From contig CANPVV010000003.1 in the NCBI GenBank assembly GCA_947581835.1, forward strand, positions 643 to 64,642: a DNA stretch of 64,000 nt. Reading direction: 5' to 3'. Made by a program: the position numbers and the translations under genes. The stretch comes from an uncultured Bacilli bacterium (GTDB taxonomy: Bacteria; Bacillota_I; Bacilli_A; RF39; UBA660). Of the stretch, positions 9,340 to 19,270 are shown piece by piece (the stretch's first letter is position 1; each line of letters begins with the position of its first letter). The notes below the pieces were generated by a model. It was given only the letters and a program-made list of their open reading frames with translations, did no database searches and was not told the origin of the DNA.

Positions 9340-10062
9340 ATGATTAAAGAAATTGAAGGAATAATATTTAAAGAGATACCTTATGGAGAGACATCAAAAA
9401 TTATTCAAGTTTTTACAAATGAGGGAATAATTGGAGTTATGTGTAAGGGAGCAAAAGCTTTAAAAAGTCCATTTAGAGCAGTAACTTTAAAATTTACTTA
9501 TGGGAAATTTAATATTTATTATAAAGAAAATAAACTTTCAATTTTAGAAAGTGTTGATATTATTAATAATTTTAGAAGAATTAAGGGAGATATTGTGCTT
9601 CTTAGTTATCTTAATTATATTACGGAGCTTACTAGTCAGGTAATTAAACAAGCAAGTGATAATTTATATGATTTATATATTAATACAGTTTTAAAGATGG
9701 AAGATGGCTTAGATCCTTTAATACTTACTAATATTTTAGAGATTAAATATTTAGATTATTTGGGAGTAGGACTTAATTTAGAGGCTTGTGTGGGTTGTGG
9801 AGGCAAAGCTAATATTTTAACAATTGATGGAGATAGAGGAGGATATGTGTGTGTTAATTGTTATCAGAATGAGATAATTGTTGATAAAAAAACTATTGAA
9901 ATGCTTAGAAAATATTATTATGTAGAAGTTAAAAGTATTAGTAAACTTAAGATTAGTAATCAGGTTAAACAGGAGATAGATCATTTTTTGAATACTTATT
10001 ATGAGAGATATACAGGTTTATATTTGAAGAGTAAAAATTTTTTAGATAAATTAAGAGATTAA
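9340..10062 (+). CDS. recO: DNA repair protein RecO
   Basis: 240 aa with an N-terminal OB-fold region and a Cys4 zinc motif (CVGCG...CVNC). Located downstream of era. Confidence 0.9.
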   Translation: MIKEIEGIIFKEIPYGETSKIIQVFTNEGIIGVMCKGAKALKSPFRAVTLKFTYGKFNIYYKENKLSILESVDIINNFRRIKGDIVLLSYLNYITELTSQVIKQASDNLYDLYINTVLKMEDGLDPLILTNILEIKYLDYLGVGLNLEACVGCGGKANILTIDGDRGGYVCVNCYQNEIIVDKKTIEMLRKYYYVEVKSISKLKISNQVKQEIDHFLNTYYERYTGLYLKSKNFLDKLRD

Positions 10063-10138
10063 TGTAAAATTAGGGTTAAATAGTAGAATTATAACAATTT
10101 TTTTGTTACAATAGGAATATAGTTTAGTGAGGTGTGTT

Positions 10139-11596
10139 ATGATGAAAGATGAAAATACAAAAGAAAAAGAGACAAACTTAAAGCAAGATATAGTAATTAA
10201 TAAAGATGATTTTGATCAGGAAAGTTATAGTAAAGTTAATAAAAAGAATAAATGGAAATTTATATTGGGAAGTTTTTTGGTTGTAGTTGCAATTGCAGTG
10301 GGAATATATGTTGGATATAGTAAGCTTACTTCAAATCCAGTCGTAATATATAAAACTGCGGTTAATGATATATATGAGGCAATGAAAAAGATTGCCGAAG
10401 ATGGTAATGATACTGATTTTATGATGGATGATGCTGTAACAATGGAGATGCAAGCAAAGTTTAGTTCAAATATGGAAGAATTGAAGGCTTTAAGTGAAAT
10501 TGATTATAGTTTTAAAATGGCCATAGATTATAAAAATGAAACAGGTAGTTTAGGATTAAATTTAAAGAATAAGGATGAGAATTTAAATGTTTTAGCATCA
10601 ATTATAGATAAGAAAGCATATTTAAAAAGTGAGGCATTATATAATAAAGTAATTGATTTAGGGGATTGTGATTTATTTGGAGAATTAAAAAAGATTAGTG
10701 AAAGTGAAGAGCTTAAGAGTTTAGGATATAATAGAAAAGATATTTTGTATTTACTTAAAGAGTATAAAGGAATAATGATAGATGCAATAAATCAAGATAA
10801 GATAACTATTGAAAAAGATGCCGAAATAGAAATTGAAGGAAAAACAAAAAAGTTTAAGAAAGTAAGTTATTTATTTGATAAAGAAAATATTGAGGCAACT
10901 ATAAAGACATTTATTAAAGCTTTATTAGATGATGATAAGTTATTAGAGGTTACTGCAAAAGTTATAGGAAAAGATAAGTTAGAGTTGAAAAATGAGTTAG
11001 ATAAAATTGATAAAGATGGCATAAATTTAGATGGTTATGAAGATATAAAGTTAGAGATATATGCAGATAGTTTTAATAATATTGTGGCTAGTAATATTTT
11101 AGAAAATAATCAGAAAGTAATAGAATATAGAAAAGAAAATAGTTTATTTAGTTTTCAAATTTATGCTTTAGATTATACTTTAAAAGTTCAAGAAAAAGAA
11201 GATTATATGGAATTTAAGTTTTTAGAGAATGATACTGAAATTGCTCAGATTAATTTATATGAAAGTGATAATGATAGTTTAAAATTAGATTTAATTATGG
11301 ATTATCAGGGAGTAAAAGTTAATATGGGATTCTTGATATATGATATTGAAGGAACAGAGGATAGTTTAAATGCTAAATATAATTTAACTCTTAATGTTAA
11401 AGCTTTAGGAACTGATGCAAATTTAGGATTTGAAGGCGAATATAAGTTAAGTAAGGGAGATATTGAGATAGTTGATAATAAAGAGGCAATAGAATACAAG
11501 AAAATGAGTAAAAAAGAGCTTAAATCACTAAGTGATGCTTTAGATAAAGCTTTAGAAAAACTTGGATTTAGTGATATAAGTAAAGAATTAGTTTAA
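10139..11596 (+). CDS. Hypothetical membrane-anchored extracytoplasmic protein
   Basis: Long ORF with a single N-terminal TM segment (WKFILGSFLVVVAIAVGIYVGY). The GAGGTG RBS favours ATG 10139 or 10142 over the GTG at 10127. No family recognised. Confidence 0.6.
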   Translation: MMKDENTKEKETNLKQDIVINKDDFDQESYSKVNKKNKWKFILGSFLVVVAIAVGIYVGYSKLTSNPVVIYKTAVNDIYEAMKKIAEDGNDTDFMMDDAVTMEMQAKFSSNMEELKALSEIDYSFKMAIDYKNETGSLGLNLKNKDENLNVLASIIDKKAYLKSEALYNKVIDLGDCDLFGELKKISESEELKSLGYNRKDILYLLKEYKGIMIDAINQDKITIEKDAEIEIEGKTKKFKKVSYLFDKENIEATIKTFIKALLDDDKLLEVTAKVIGKDKLELKNELDKIDKDGINLDGYEDIKLEIYADSFNNIVASNILENNQKVIEYRKENSLFSFQIYALDYTLKVQEKEDYMEFKFLENDTEIAQINLYESDNDSLKLDLIMDYQGVKVNMGFLIYDIEGTEDSLNAKYNLTLNVKALGTDANLGFEGEYKLSKGDIEIVDNKEAIEYKKMSKKELKSLSDALDKALEKLGFSDISKELV

Positions 11597-11621
11597 GGTA
11601 GATTAGCTACCTTTTTCTTTT
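11595..11621 (+). terminator. Rho-independent terminator
   Basis: Stem AAGGTAG/CTACCTT with a 5-nt loop, followed by TTTTCTTTT. Confidence 0.5.
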
Positions 11622-11662
11622 ATTTAAAGGAAATATTTGATATAATTTAGATGGTGATAAAG

Positions 11663-12772
11663 ATGGAATTAGAAGAGAGAATGGGAAATCATAATAATTA
11701 TTTAAGTAAATATGCTTGTAAAGATACAGAGGCAATATATTTAAAAGATGAAGAAAAAGATTTTCGAGGAACATTTTTTCACGATATAGACCGAATTATT
11801 TATTCTTTAGCTTTTATTAGATATCAGGATAAAACTCAAGTTTTTGCTAATAGTACGCATGATCATATATCTAAGAGAATGATTCATGTTCAGTATGTAA
11901 GTAAAATTGCTAGAACTATGGGAAGGGCTTTAGGGCTTAATGAAGATTTAATTGAGGCCGCAAGTTTAGCTCATGATTTGGGTCATGTTCCGTTTGGGCA
12001 TCAAGGAGAGACTATTTTAAATAAGATAAGTCTTAAATATAATGAAGGCTTTTTTAATCATAATGTTGAGAGTGTAAGAGATTTGATGGTTATTGAAAAT
12101 TATGGTAAAGGACTTAATATAAGTGTTCAGGTTTTAGATGCAGTGTTGTGTCATAATGGTGAAATAGCTTTAGGGTTGTATGAACCTGTTAAAAAGAATG
12201 CTCAACAATTTTTAGAAGAATATGCGCTTACTTATCAAGATAAAAATATCCAGTTGAAGCTTAGACCTATGACTTTGGAGGGGTGTGTTGTAAGAGTAAG
12301 TGATTTAATTGCTTATTTAGGAAGAGATATAGATGATGCGATTAGAATGAAATTAATAAATAGAGAAGATATTCCTCAAAGTATAGTTAAGGTATTAGGT
12401 AGTACCAATAAAGAAATAGTTAATACTTGTATTAGAGATATTATTAGTAATAGTATGGATAAAAATTATATTAAATTAAGTGAAGAGGTTTATAAAGCAA
12501 TAGAAGAGTTAAAAAAGTTTAATTATGAATTTATTTATAATAAAGCAATGAGTGATGAGTATCGAAAAAGTTTAGAAGAGAAATTTGAAGGATTATTTAA
12601 AAAATATATAGAGGATATAGATAGTAATAATGAGGATAGTTTTATTGTTAATTCTTATTTAAAAGCAATGAGTGAAGAATATAAAAAGAATAATACGAAA
12701 GAGAGAATTGTTATTGATTATATTGCAGGTATGACTGATGAATTCTTTTTACAAGAAGCTAATAAATTATGA
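11663..12772 (+). CDS. HD-domain dNTP triphosphohydrolase (dGTPase-like)
   Basis: HD motif (SLAHDLGHVPFGH), C-terminal DYIAGMTDEF. An extended -10 (TGATATAAT, 11638-11646) and a GGTGA RBS favour ATG 11663 over ATG 11651. Confidence 0.85.
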   Translation: MELEERMGNHNNYLSKYACKDTEAIYLKDEEKDFRGTFFHDIDRIIYSLAFIRYQDKTQVFANSTHDHISKRMIHVQYVSKIARTMGRALGLNEDLIEAASLAHDLGHVPFGHQGETILNKISLKYNEGFFNHNVESVRDLMVIENYGKGLNISVQVLDAVLCHNGEIALGLYEPVKKNAQQFLEEYALTYQDKNIQLKLRPMTLEGCVVRVSDLIAYLGRDIDDAIRMKLINREDIPQSIVKVLGSTNKEIVNTCIRDIISNSMDKNYIKLSEEVYKAIEELKKFNYEFIYNKAMSDEYRKSLEEKFEGLFKKYIEDIDSNNEDSFIVNSYLKAMSEEYKKNNTKERIVIDYIAGMTDEFFLQEANKL

Positions 12773-12821
12773 TTTTAGACTTAATTTGACAATATATATC
12801 AATACTTAGATAAAGAAAAGC

Positions 12822-12850
12822 TTGACCTAGACTTAGAAATTTGTTATAAT
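12822..12850 (+). promoter_or_regulatory. Near-consensus sigma-A promoter
   Basis: TTGACC (12822-12827), 17 nt, then TGTTATAAT (extended -10, TATAAT at 12845-12850). Confidence 0.5.
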
Positions 12851-12892
12851 TCTTTTTACCTTTTGTAAAAAAGGAATAAAAGGAGAAGAAAA

Positions 12893-13339
12893 ATGAATAC
12901 TATTAAAAATGAAAAGAAGTTTAGTAGTAGTGATGAGTTTTGTATTTATATGAGTATGTATTGGGGTTTAGGGGGTTATGAATTTGAGCTTAGAATGTTA
13001 ATTAAAAAATTGGCTCAGGTTTATTTAGAGAAAATCCAAAATAAAAATATGGCTTTAATATTAAGTGATAAACAAGAATTAGAGGCTTTACGATTTAAAA
13101 GAGAGGATATAATAAAAGTTAGTCCTTTATTAGGTAAAATTATAGATAGTTTGCAAGAAAGAGAAGATTATTTATTATTTAAAGAAAAATTGTATTTAGC
13201 GATAAATGAAGAAATAAGTAATGAAGCACTAAAGGTTAAAGCTGGATTGTTTAGAATTGTTAATGAAGATATATTTAAGGGAATAGAAGAAGAAAAAGAG
13301 GTTCCACTTAAGAGAGTTAGATATCATTCTAAACGATAA
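12893..13339 (+). CDS. Hypothetical protein (148 aa)
   Basis: ORF with an AAAAGGAG RBS and its own promoter. No family recognised. Confidence 0.55.
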   Translation: MNTIKNEKKFSSSDEFCIYMSMYWGLGGYEFELRMLIKKLAQVYLEKIQNKNMALILSDKQELEALRFKREDIIKVSPLLGKIIDSLQEREDYLLFKEKLYLAINEEISNEALKVKAGLFRIVNEDIFKGIEEEKEVPLKRVRYHSKR

Positions 13340-13399
13340 GATAGTTAATAAATCTTGACTTAAATCTTGACTATTGAGGGAATTTATAATAAAATACTA

Positions 13400-13620
13400 T
13401 TAGATATTTTTCTAAAGGAGTAGAAGTAAATTTTTAAAACTAATTTAAAGAGAGGGTTAAATGCTGGAAAGACCTAATTAGGAAAAATTGAAAGACAGCT
13501 CCAAGATTTTAGAAAACGCGATAATTCGTGATAAAATATTAAGAGTACTTAGTAAAGTAAGGTGGCACCGCGCATATTTTGCGTCCTTACGGAGACTAAG
13601 TTTTTTTAGTTTTAGAAAGA
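13400..13620 (+). promoter_or_regulatory. T-box riboswitch leader controlling hisS-aspS; predicted Asp (GAC) specifier
   Basis: AGAGAG box (13449-13454), distal-loop UGGAAA, and the T-box sequence GGTGGCACCGCG (13561-13572). The base helix GGAGU (13417-13421)/GCUCC (13498-13502) frames the specifier loop GAAA-GAC-A (GAC at 13494-13496). A possible promoter is TTGACT 13367-13372, 17 nt, TAAAAT. Confidence 0.8.
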
Positions 13621-13629
13621 AGGATATTA

Positions 13630-14892
13630 ATGATTACAAGACCAAAAGGAACTTATGATATTTATGGAAAAGAAGCTAAATATTATAATTATATAAATGC
13701 TGTATTTCAAAGAGTAGCAGAGTTATATAATTATGAGTATATTAGAACACCAATATTTGAGGATAGTTCATTATTTCATCGAAGTGTTGGAGAAACAACC
13801 GATATTGTTTCTAAAGAAACTTATGATTTTAAAGATAGAGGAGATAGAGATATTACTTTAAGGCCAGAAGGAACAGCAGGAGTAGTTAGAAGTTATATTG
13901 AAAATAAAATGTATGGAGATGTTAATCAACCTAAAAAGTTTTATTATAGTGGAACAATGTATCGATATGAAAGACCTCAAGCAGGAAGATATAGAGAATT
14001 TAGTCAAATTGGGGTAGAGGCAATTGGTAGTGATTCACCTTTGATGGATGCTGAGGTAATTAGTTTGGCATATCGTTTATTAGAAGAAATGGGAATTGAT
14101 AATGTAACAGTAAAGATTAATTCTTTGGGAGATAATGAATCAAGGAATAATTACCGAGAAGCTCTTATTAAATATTTAGAACCACATATAGATAATCTAT
14201 GTAGTGATTGTAAGAATAGATATAAAAGTAATCCACTTAGAATACTTGATTGTAAAGTAGATAAAGATAGTGAAATATTAAAGAACGCACCAAGTATTTT
14301 AGATTATTTAAATAAAGAAAGCAAAGAGAGATTTGATAAAGTAATAGAATATTTAACTCAGTTAGACGTGGATTATGAGATAGCACCTAATATTGTAAGA
14401 GGGCTTGATTATTATAATCATACTGTTTTTGAATTGGTGGCAGATATAGAAGATTTAGGAAATGCTAGTACTGTTGCGGCCGGGGGTAGATATAATAATT
14501 TAGTTGGTAATTTAGAGGGCCCTGAAACACCATGTGTAGGATTTGCAAGTGGCGTTGATAGATTAATGATTATATTAGATAAGATTACAAAAGAGAATAT
14601 TGATAATAAAGTTGATGTTTATGTAATGGCAATTAATGAAGAAGAGAGAATTACAGCATTAAAGTTAGTACAAGATTTAAGATGGTGTGAAATTAAATGT
14701 GAAATGGATACTTTAGATAGAGGTATGAAAGCACAATTTAAACAAGCAGATAGATTAGGAGCAAGATTATTAGTTTTACTTAATAGTGAAGATTTACAAA
14801 AAGGAATTATGACAGTTAAAGATAATTTAACTCATGAAGAGGTTAAAGTTGATGAAAACGAAATAATTGATTATATTGTTTCGAATATGTAG
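13630..14892 (+). CDS. hisS: Histidine--tRNA ligase
   Basis: 420 aa with class II aaRS motifs (TLRPEGTAGVVRSY, YRYERPQAGRYREFSQ, AAGGRYNNL). Confidence 0.96.
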   Translation: MITRPKGTYDIYGKEAKYYNYINAVFQRVAELYNYEYIRTPIFEDSSLFHRSVGETTDIVSKETYDFKDRGDRDITLRPEGTAGVVRSYIENKMYGDVNQPKKFYYSGTMYRYERPQAGRYREFSQIGVEAIGSDSPLMDAEVISLAYRLLEEMGIDNVTVKINSLGDNESRNNYREALIKYLEPHIDNLCSDCKNRYKSNPLRILDCKVDKDSEILKNAPSILDYLNKESKERFDKVIEYLTQLDVDYEIAPNIVRGLDYYNHTVFELVADIEDLGNASTVAAGGRYNNLVGNLEGPETPCVGFASGVDRLMIILDKITKENIDNKVDVYVMAINEEERITALKLVQDLRWCEIKCEMDTLDRGMKAQFKQADRLGARLLVLLNSEDLQKGIMTVKDNLTHEEVKVDENEIIDYIVSNM

Positions 14893-14905
14893 GAGGAGTT
14901 AGTTT

Positions 14906-16636
14906 ATGGAAAATATATATCGTAGTCATTATTGTGGAGAATTAAGAGATAAAAATGTTAATGAAAAAGTAAGAGTTGCAGGTTGGATTAATTCAATAAG
15001 AAATTTGGGAAGTTTAGTTTTTCTTACTTTAAGAGATGAGACGGGTTTAGTTCAAATTATAAGTGAAGATACAGAATTATTTAAAGACGTTACAAGAGAA
15101 AGTACTGCTTCTATAACTGGAGTTGTAAGGCTTAGAAGTGATAAAAATCCAAATATGCCAACGGGAGATATTGAAATAGTATTAGAGAGTATGGAAATAC
15201 TAGGAAAATGTATGAATGTACTTCCATTTGAGGTTAATAGAAGTAAAGAGGCTAGTGAAGAGGCAAGACTTAAGTATCGTTATTTAGATTTAAGGAATCC
15301 AGTTGTTCATGATAAAATTAAGTTTAGAGTAAATGTAATAGATTATATTAGAAAAATTATGAAAGAGCAGGATTTTACAGAGATTGCAACTCCAATTATT
15401 ACGGCATCTAGTCCGGAGGGAGCAAGAGATTTTGTAATTCCATCAAGAAATTATAAGGGCAAGTTTTATGCTTTACCTCAAGCACCTCAGATATATAAAC
15501 AACTTTTAATGGTGTCAGGTTTTAATAGATATTTTCAGATTGCGCCATGTTTTAGAGATGAAGATTGTCGGGCAGATAGAACTTTGGAATTTTATCAGTT
15601 AGATTTAGAAATGAGTTTTGCAACAGAGGAAGACGTTTATGAGGTTGGAGAAAAAGTGTTTTATGATGTGTTTACACATTTTTCAAAAAAAGAGGTTTCA
15701 CCTCGACCTTTTGTTAGAATTCCTTATAGGGAGGCAATGGCAAAATATGGTTCTGATAAACCAGATTTAAGAAATCCTTTAATAATTGAAGATATAAGTG
15801 ATATATTTACAAATAGTGAATTTAGAGGATTTAGGGGAAAAGTTGTTAAAGTAATAAAAACAGAAGTTTGTGATAAACCTAATTCTTGGTTTAAAAAATT
15901 AGAAGAATTTATGAAAGAAAAAGGAGCAGAAGGGCTTGCTTATTTGAAGGTAGATGAGGCAGGAGAAATTAAAGGCTCAATTGCTAAGTTTTTATGGGAT
16001 GCAGAAATAAATAGTTTAAAAGAAAAATTGAGTTTAAAACCTGGTAATGTGATATTCATGCTCGCGGGGATTAAAGCTCCTTTAAAAGAAGCAGGAATTT
16101 TAAGGACTAAGTTAGGACAAGAATTAGAATTAATTGATAATAATAAATTTATATTTTGTATTATAAATGATTTTCCAATGTATGAATATAATGAAGAAGA
16201 TGGAAAATGGGATTTTGGGCATAATCCATTTAGTATGCCTAAGGGTGGTTTAAAAGCTTTAGAAGACGGGGATATAGAAAATATTGTCGCGTATCAGTAT
16301 GATTTTGTTTGTAATGGAAATGAAATGGCTAGTGGAGCTGTTCGAAATCATGATATTGAAATTATGAAAAAAGCTTTTCAAATCGCGGGTTATGATGAGG
16401 CAGTAATTAAAAATAAGTTTAGAAGTCTTTATACAGCCTTCCAATATGGAGCACCTCCTCATGCAGGAATGGCGCCTGGAATAGATAGAATTGTAATGCT
16501 TTTAACGGATGAAGAAAATTTAAGAGAAGTACAGGTATTTCCACCAAATGTTTCAGGAATGGATTTACTCATGGGAAGTCCAAATGAATTGGATGAAAAA
16601 CAACTTAGAGAATTACATATAAAGGTTAGAGATTAA
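14906..16636 (+). CDS. aspS: Aspartate--tRNA ligase
   Basis: 576 aa with bacterial-type AspS motifs (FLTLRDETGLVQ, QAPQIYKQLLMVSG, FRDEDCRADR, GAPPHAGMAPGIDR). Confidence 0.96.
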   Translation: MENIYRSHYCGELRDKNVNEKVRVAGWINSIRNLGSLVFLTLRDETGLVQIISEDTELFKDVTRESTASITGVVRLRSDKNPNMPTGDIEIVLESMEILGKCMNVLPFEVNRSKEASEEARLKYRYLDLRNPVVHDKIKFRVNVIDYIRKIMKEQDFTEIATPIITASSPEGARDFVIPSRNYKGKFYALPQAPQIYKQLLMVSGFNRYFQIAPCFRDEDCRADRTLEFYQLDLEMSFATEEDVYEVGEKVFYDVFTHFSKKEVSPRPFVRIPYREAMAKYGSDKPDLRNPLIIEDISDIFTNSEFRGFRGKVVKVIKTEVCDKPNSWFKKLEEFMKEKGAEGLAYLKVDEAGEIKGSIAKFLWDAEINSLKEKLSLKPGNVIFMLAGIKAPLKEAGILRTKLGQELELIDNNKFIFCIINDFPMYEYNEEDGKWDFGHNPFSMPKGGLKALEDGDIENIVAYQYDFVCNGNEMASGAVRNHDIEIMKKAFQIAGYDEAVIKNKFRSLYTAFQYGAPPHAGMAPGIDRIVMLLTDEENLREVQVFPPNVSGMDLLMGSPNELDEKQLRELHIKVRD

Positions 16637-16673
16637 GATTGTAATAAATAAAAAAAGATGGGAAAGATTAAAT

Positions 16674-18041
16674 ATGGATTTAAGGGATTTATTAAAAAAT
16701 ATTGAAGATTATATAGATAAAGACGTAACTTTGGAGGGTTGGATTAGGAATCATCGGGATCAAAAGACTTTTGGATTTATTGATTTTAGTGATGGAACTA
16801 TACAAGAACATTTACAAATTGTTTATACAGATAGTTTAGCTAATTTTAAGGAAATACAAAAGGTTTTAATTGGATGTGCCATAAGAGTTGTAGGAACTAT
16901 TGTTAAATCAAATGGGAAACAAGATTATGAGATGCAAGCAAAGGAAATTGAGGTTGTAGGAGAATGTCCTGATGATTATCCTTTACAAGCTAAGGGAAGA
17001 CCAACTAGAGAATTTTTAAGAGAAATTGCTTATTTAAGACCTAGAACAAACTTATTTCAAGCAGTTTTTAGAGTTAGAAGTGTCGCGGCTTATGCGATCC
17101 ATAAGTATTTTCAAGATCGAGGCTATGTTTATTTTCATGCACCTATAATTACGGCGAGTGACTGTGAAGGGGCAGGCGAAATGTTTCAAGTTACAACTTT
17201 ACCTATTGATAAAATTAAAGGAGAAGTTGATTATAAAAAAGATTTCTTTGGAAAAATGGCTAATTTAACAGTAAGTGGACAATTAGAAGCTGAGACTTTT
17301 GCTTTAGCTTATAAAAAAACTTATACTTTTGGACCAACTTTTAGAGCGGAGAATTCTAATACTAAAACTCATGCCTCAGAATTTTGGATGATTGAGCCAG
17401 AAATAGCTTTTTGTGATTTAGAAAAAGATATGGATATTATGGAAGAAATGCTTAAATATGTAGTTAAATATGTTTTAGATAATTGTAGTTTAGAAATTAA
17501 TTTCTTTGATAGTTTTGTGGAAAAAGGATTAAGAGATAAATTAGAGAGATTAGTAACAAGTAAGTTTGTGAGAATTGATCATGAAGAGGTTATTAAGATT
17601 TTAAAAGAGGCAAATATTAAATGGGAATTTGAACCAGAATATGGAGAAGATATTGCTAAAGAACATGAAAAATATATTACAGAATATTTTAAGGGACCAG
17701 TATTTATTAAAAATTGGCCTAAAGATATTAAAGCTTTTTACATGAAACAAAATGAAGATGGTAAAACTGTTGCGGCCGTTGATTTAGAAGTACCAGGAGC
17801 TGGTGAATTAATGGGTGGTTCTCAAAGAGAAGATGATTATAATAAATTAATTAAGAGAATGGAAGAACTTAAAATGGATTATAAAGCAATGGATTGGTAT
17901 TTAAATTTAAGAAAATATGGAGGTACTGTTCATTCAGGATTTGGAATGGGTTTTGAGAGATTACTTATTTATTTAACAGGAGTAGATAATATAAGAGACG
18001 TTATTCCTTATCCTAGAACACCAGGAAATTGTGAATATTAA
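16674..18041 (+). CDS. asnS: Asparagine--tRNA ligase
   Basis: 455 aa with AsnS signatures (FGPTFRAENSNTKTHASEFWMIEPE, GGSQRE, HSGFGMGFERL). Confidence 0.95.
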   Translation: MDLRDLLKNIEDYIDKDVTLEGWIRNHRDQKTFGFIDFSDGTIQEHLQIVYTDSLANFKEIQKVLIGCAIRVVGTIVKSNGKQDYEMQAKEIEVVGECPDDYPLQAKGRPTREFLREIAYLRPRTNLFQAVFRVRSVAAYAIHKYFQDRGYVYFHAPIITASDCEGAGEMFQVTTLPIDKIKGEVDYKKDFFGKMANLTVSGQLEAETFALAYKKTYTFGPTFRAENSNTKTHASEFWMIEPEIAFCDLEKDMDIMEEMLKYVVKYVLDNCSLEINFFDSFVEKGLRDKLERLVTSKFVRIDHEEVIKILKEANIKWEFEPEYGEDIAKEHEKYITEYFKGPVFIKNWPKDIKAFYMKQNEDGKTVAAVDLEVPGAGELMGGSQREDDYNKLIKRMEELKMDYKAMDWYLNLRKYGGTVHSGFGMGFERLLIYLTGVDNIRDVIPYPRTPGNCEY

Positions 18042-18075
18042 ATATTTTTATTAATATTTAGAAAGAGAGTGTGTG

Positions 18076-18957
18076 ATGGATACATTTAGAGATTCGATTA
18101 AATTAGAGATAAATAAAGATAATTTAGAAAAATTGAAAGAAGAACTAAGTGGATATAGAAGATATGTTTATCTTGATAAAAAAGATTTAGATAGTAAAGA
18201 TAATAATTATACTTTTTTAGCTCCTTTTTTAAATGGGTTTGCTAGATTTAAATATTTTTTTATTAATAGTAATTTAGAATTAATAAATGTATTTCCAAAT
18301 ATTATAGTATCTGATTTTCATTGTAATAGAGCTAGGGTTATTAATAAAGATGGTTTTGCTTATATTAATGGAGAAGGAAAGATTATTTTTCAGGGGGAAA
18401 GGTTTGATTATTTAAGTGATTATGTTCAAGATTATGCGATAGTTTATAGAAGGGGTGGAGTTAATAAAAATTCTTATCATTTAATTGTTAATTTAGCAGG
18501 AGAAGTAATAGGTTATTATTATCGAGTAAGAGCTATGATTGGAAAAAATCAAGCGATTGTAGAAGATTTTAGAAATCGAGTTAAAGTTATAGATTTAAAA
18601 ACAGGAAAAGTAGTGAGGAAAAAAACAGATTTTCCAGTTTATAGAAATATAGATAAAAAATTGATGAAGATAAGAGATAATAATATGCTAATTAAATTGT
18701 GGCAAGTAGATACAGGTTTTTGTTATGCTCCTTTTAGAAATAATAAAGAGGAAATAAAGGATGGTTTACCTTTTAAAAGTTTAGGAGAAAATCTTGCTTT
18801 AAAATATCAGTTTCCGATTGAAGGAATTAATAAAGAAGAAGATATAGATTGGTTAGTTAATTATTTAGTAAATATGGGTAATGGTTATATAGATTTAAAT
18901 AATTTAGAGATAATTTATAAGGAAAGACATGATAATTTAGAATTGATGCTTAAATAA
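18076..18957 (+). CDS. WG-repeat-containing hypothetical protein
   Basis: Repeated segments of the type F.NGFARFK and RARVINKDGFAYINGEGKIIF resemble KWG/WG repeats. ATG 18076 has better RBS spacing than GTG 18073. Confidence 0.55.
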   Translation: MDTFRDSIKLEINKDNLEKLKEELSGYRRYVYLDKKDLDSKDNNYTFLAPFLNGFARFKYFFINSNLELINVFPNIIVSDFHCNRARVINKDGFAYINGEGKIIFQGERFDYLSDYVQDYAIVYRRGGVNKNSYHLIVNLAGEVIGYYYRVRAMIGKNQAIVEDFRNRVKVIDLKTGKVVRKKTDFPVYRNIDKKLMKIRDNNMLIKLWQVDTGFCYAPFRNNKEEIKDGLPFKSLGENLALKYQFPIEGINKEEDIDWLVNYLVNMGNGYIDLNNLEIIYKERHDNLELMLK

Positions 18958-18978
18958 TAGAGAAAGGATTTAGTTTTA

Positions 18979-19269
18979 ATGAAATTTACAAAAGAAGTAG
19001 TTGATGATTTAGCTGATAAGTTACTTATTGGCTTAACAGAAGAAGAAAATAAAATGGTTTTAGACGAATTTGAAGAAATAGATAAAGCAATGGAAAAAGT
19101 TTGTTTAATTAAAGATATAGAGAAAGTGGAACCTATGAGGCAAGCTTTAGATTTAGAAGGTGTTTTAGCAGAAGACATAATAAGGGATACTTTACCAATT
19201 GAAGATGTACTTAAAAATGCAGCAGTAAAAGAAGGAAGAGAGATTGAAGTACCAAAGGTGGTGGGATAA
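18979..19269 (+). CDS. gatC: Asp/Glu-tRNA amidotransferase subunit C
   Basis: 96 aa, directly upstream of gatA and gatB. GatC-like helical protein (VDDLADKLLIGLTEEE...). Confidence 0.9.
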   Translation: MKFTKEVVDDLADKLLIGLTEEENKMVLDEFEEIDKAMEKVCLIKDIEKVEPMRQALDLEGVLAEDIIRDTLPIEDVLKNAAVKEGREIEVPKVVG

Positions 19270-19270
19270 A

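Noticed and set aside
13355-13372. Duplicated AATCTTGACT motif considered as two tandem promoters for the T-box leader.
   Set aside because: Only the second TTGACT has a -10-like hexamer (TAAAAT) at 17-nt spacing. The first has none at a workable distance.
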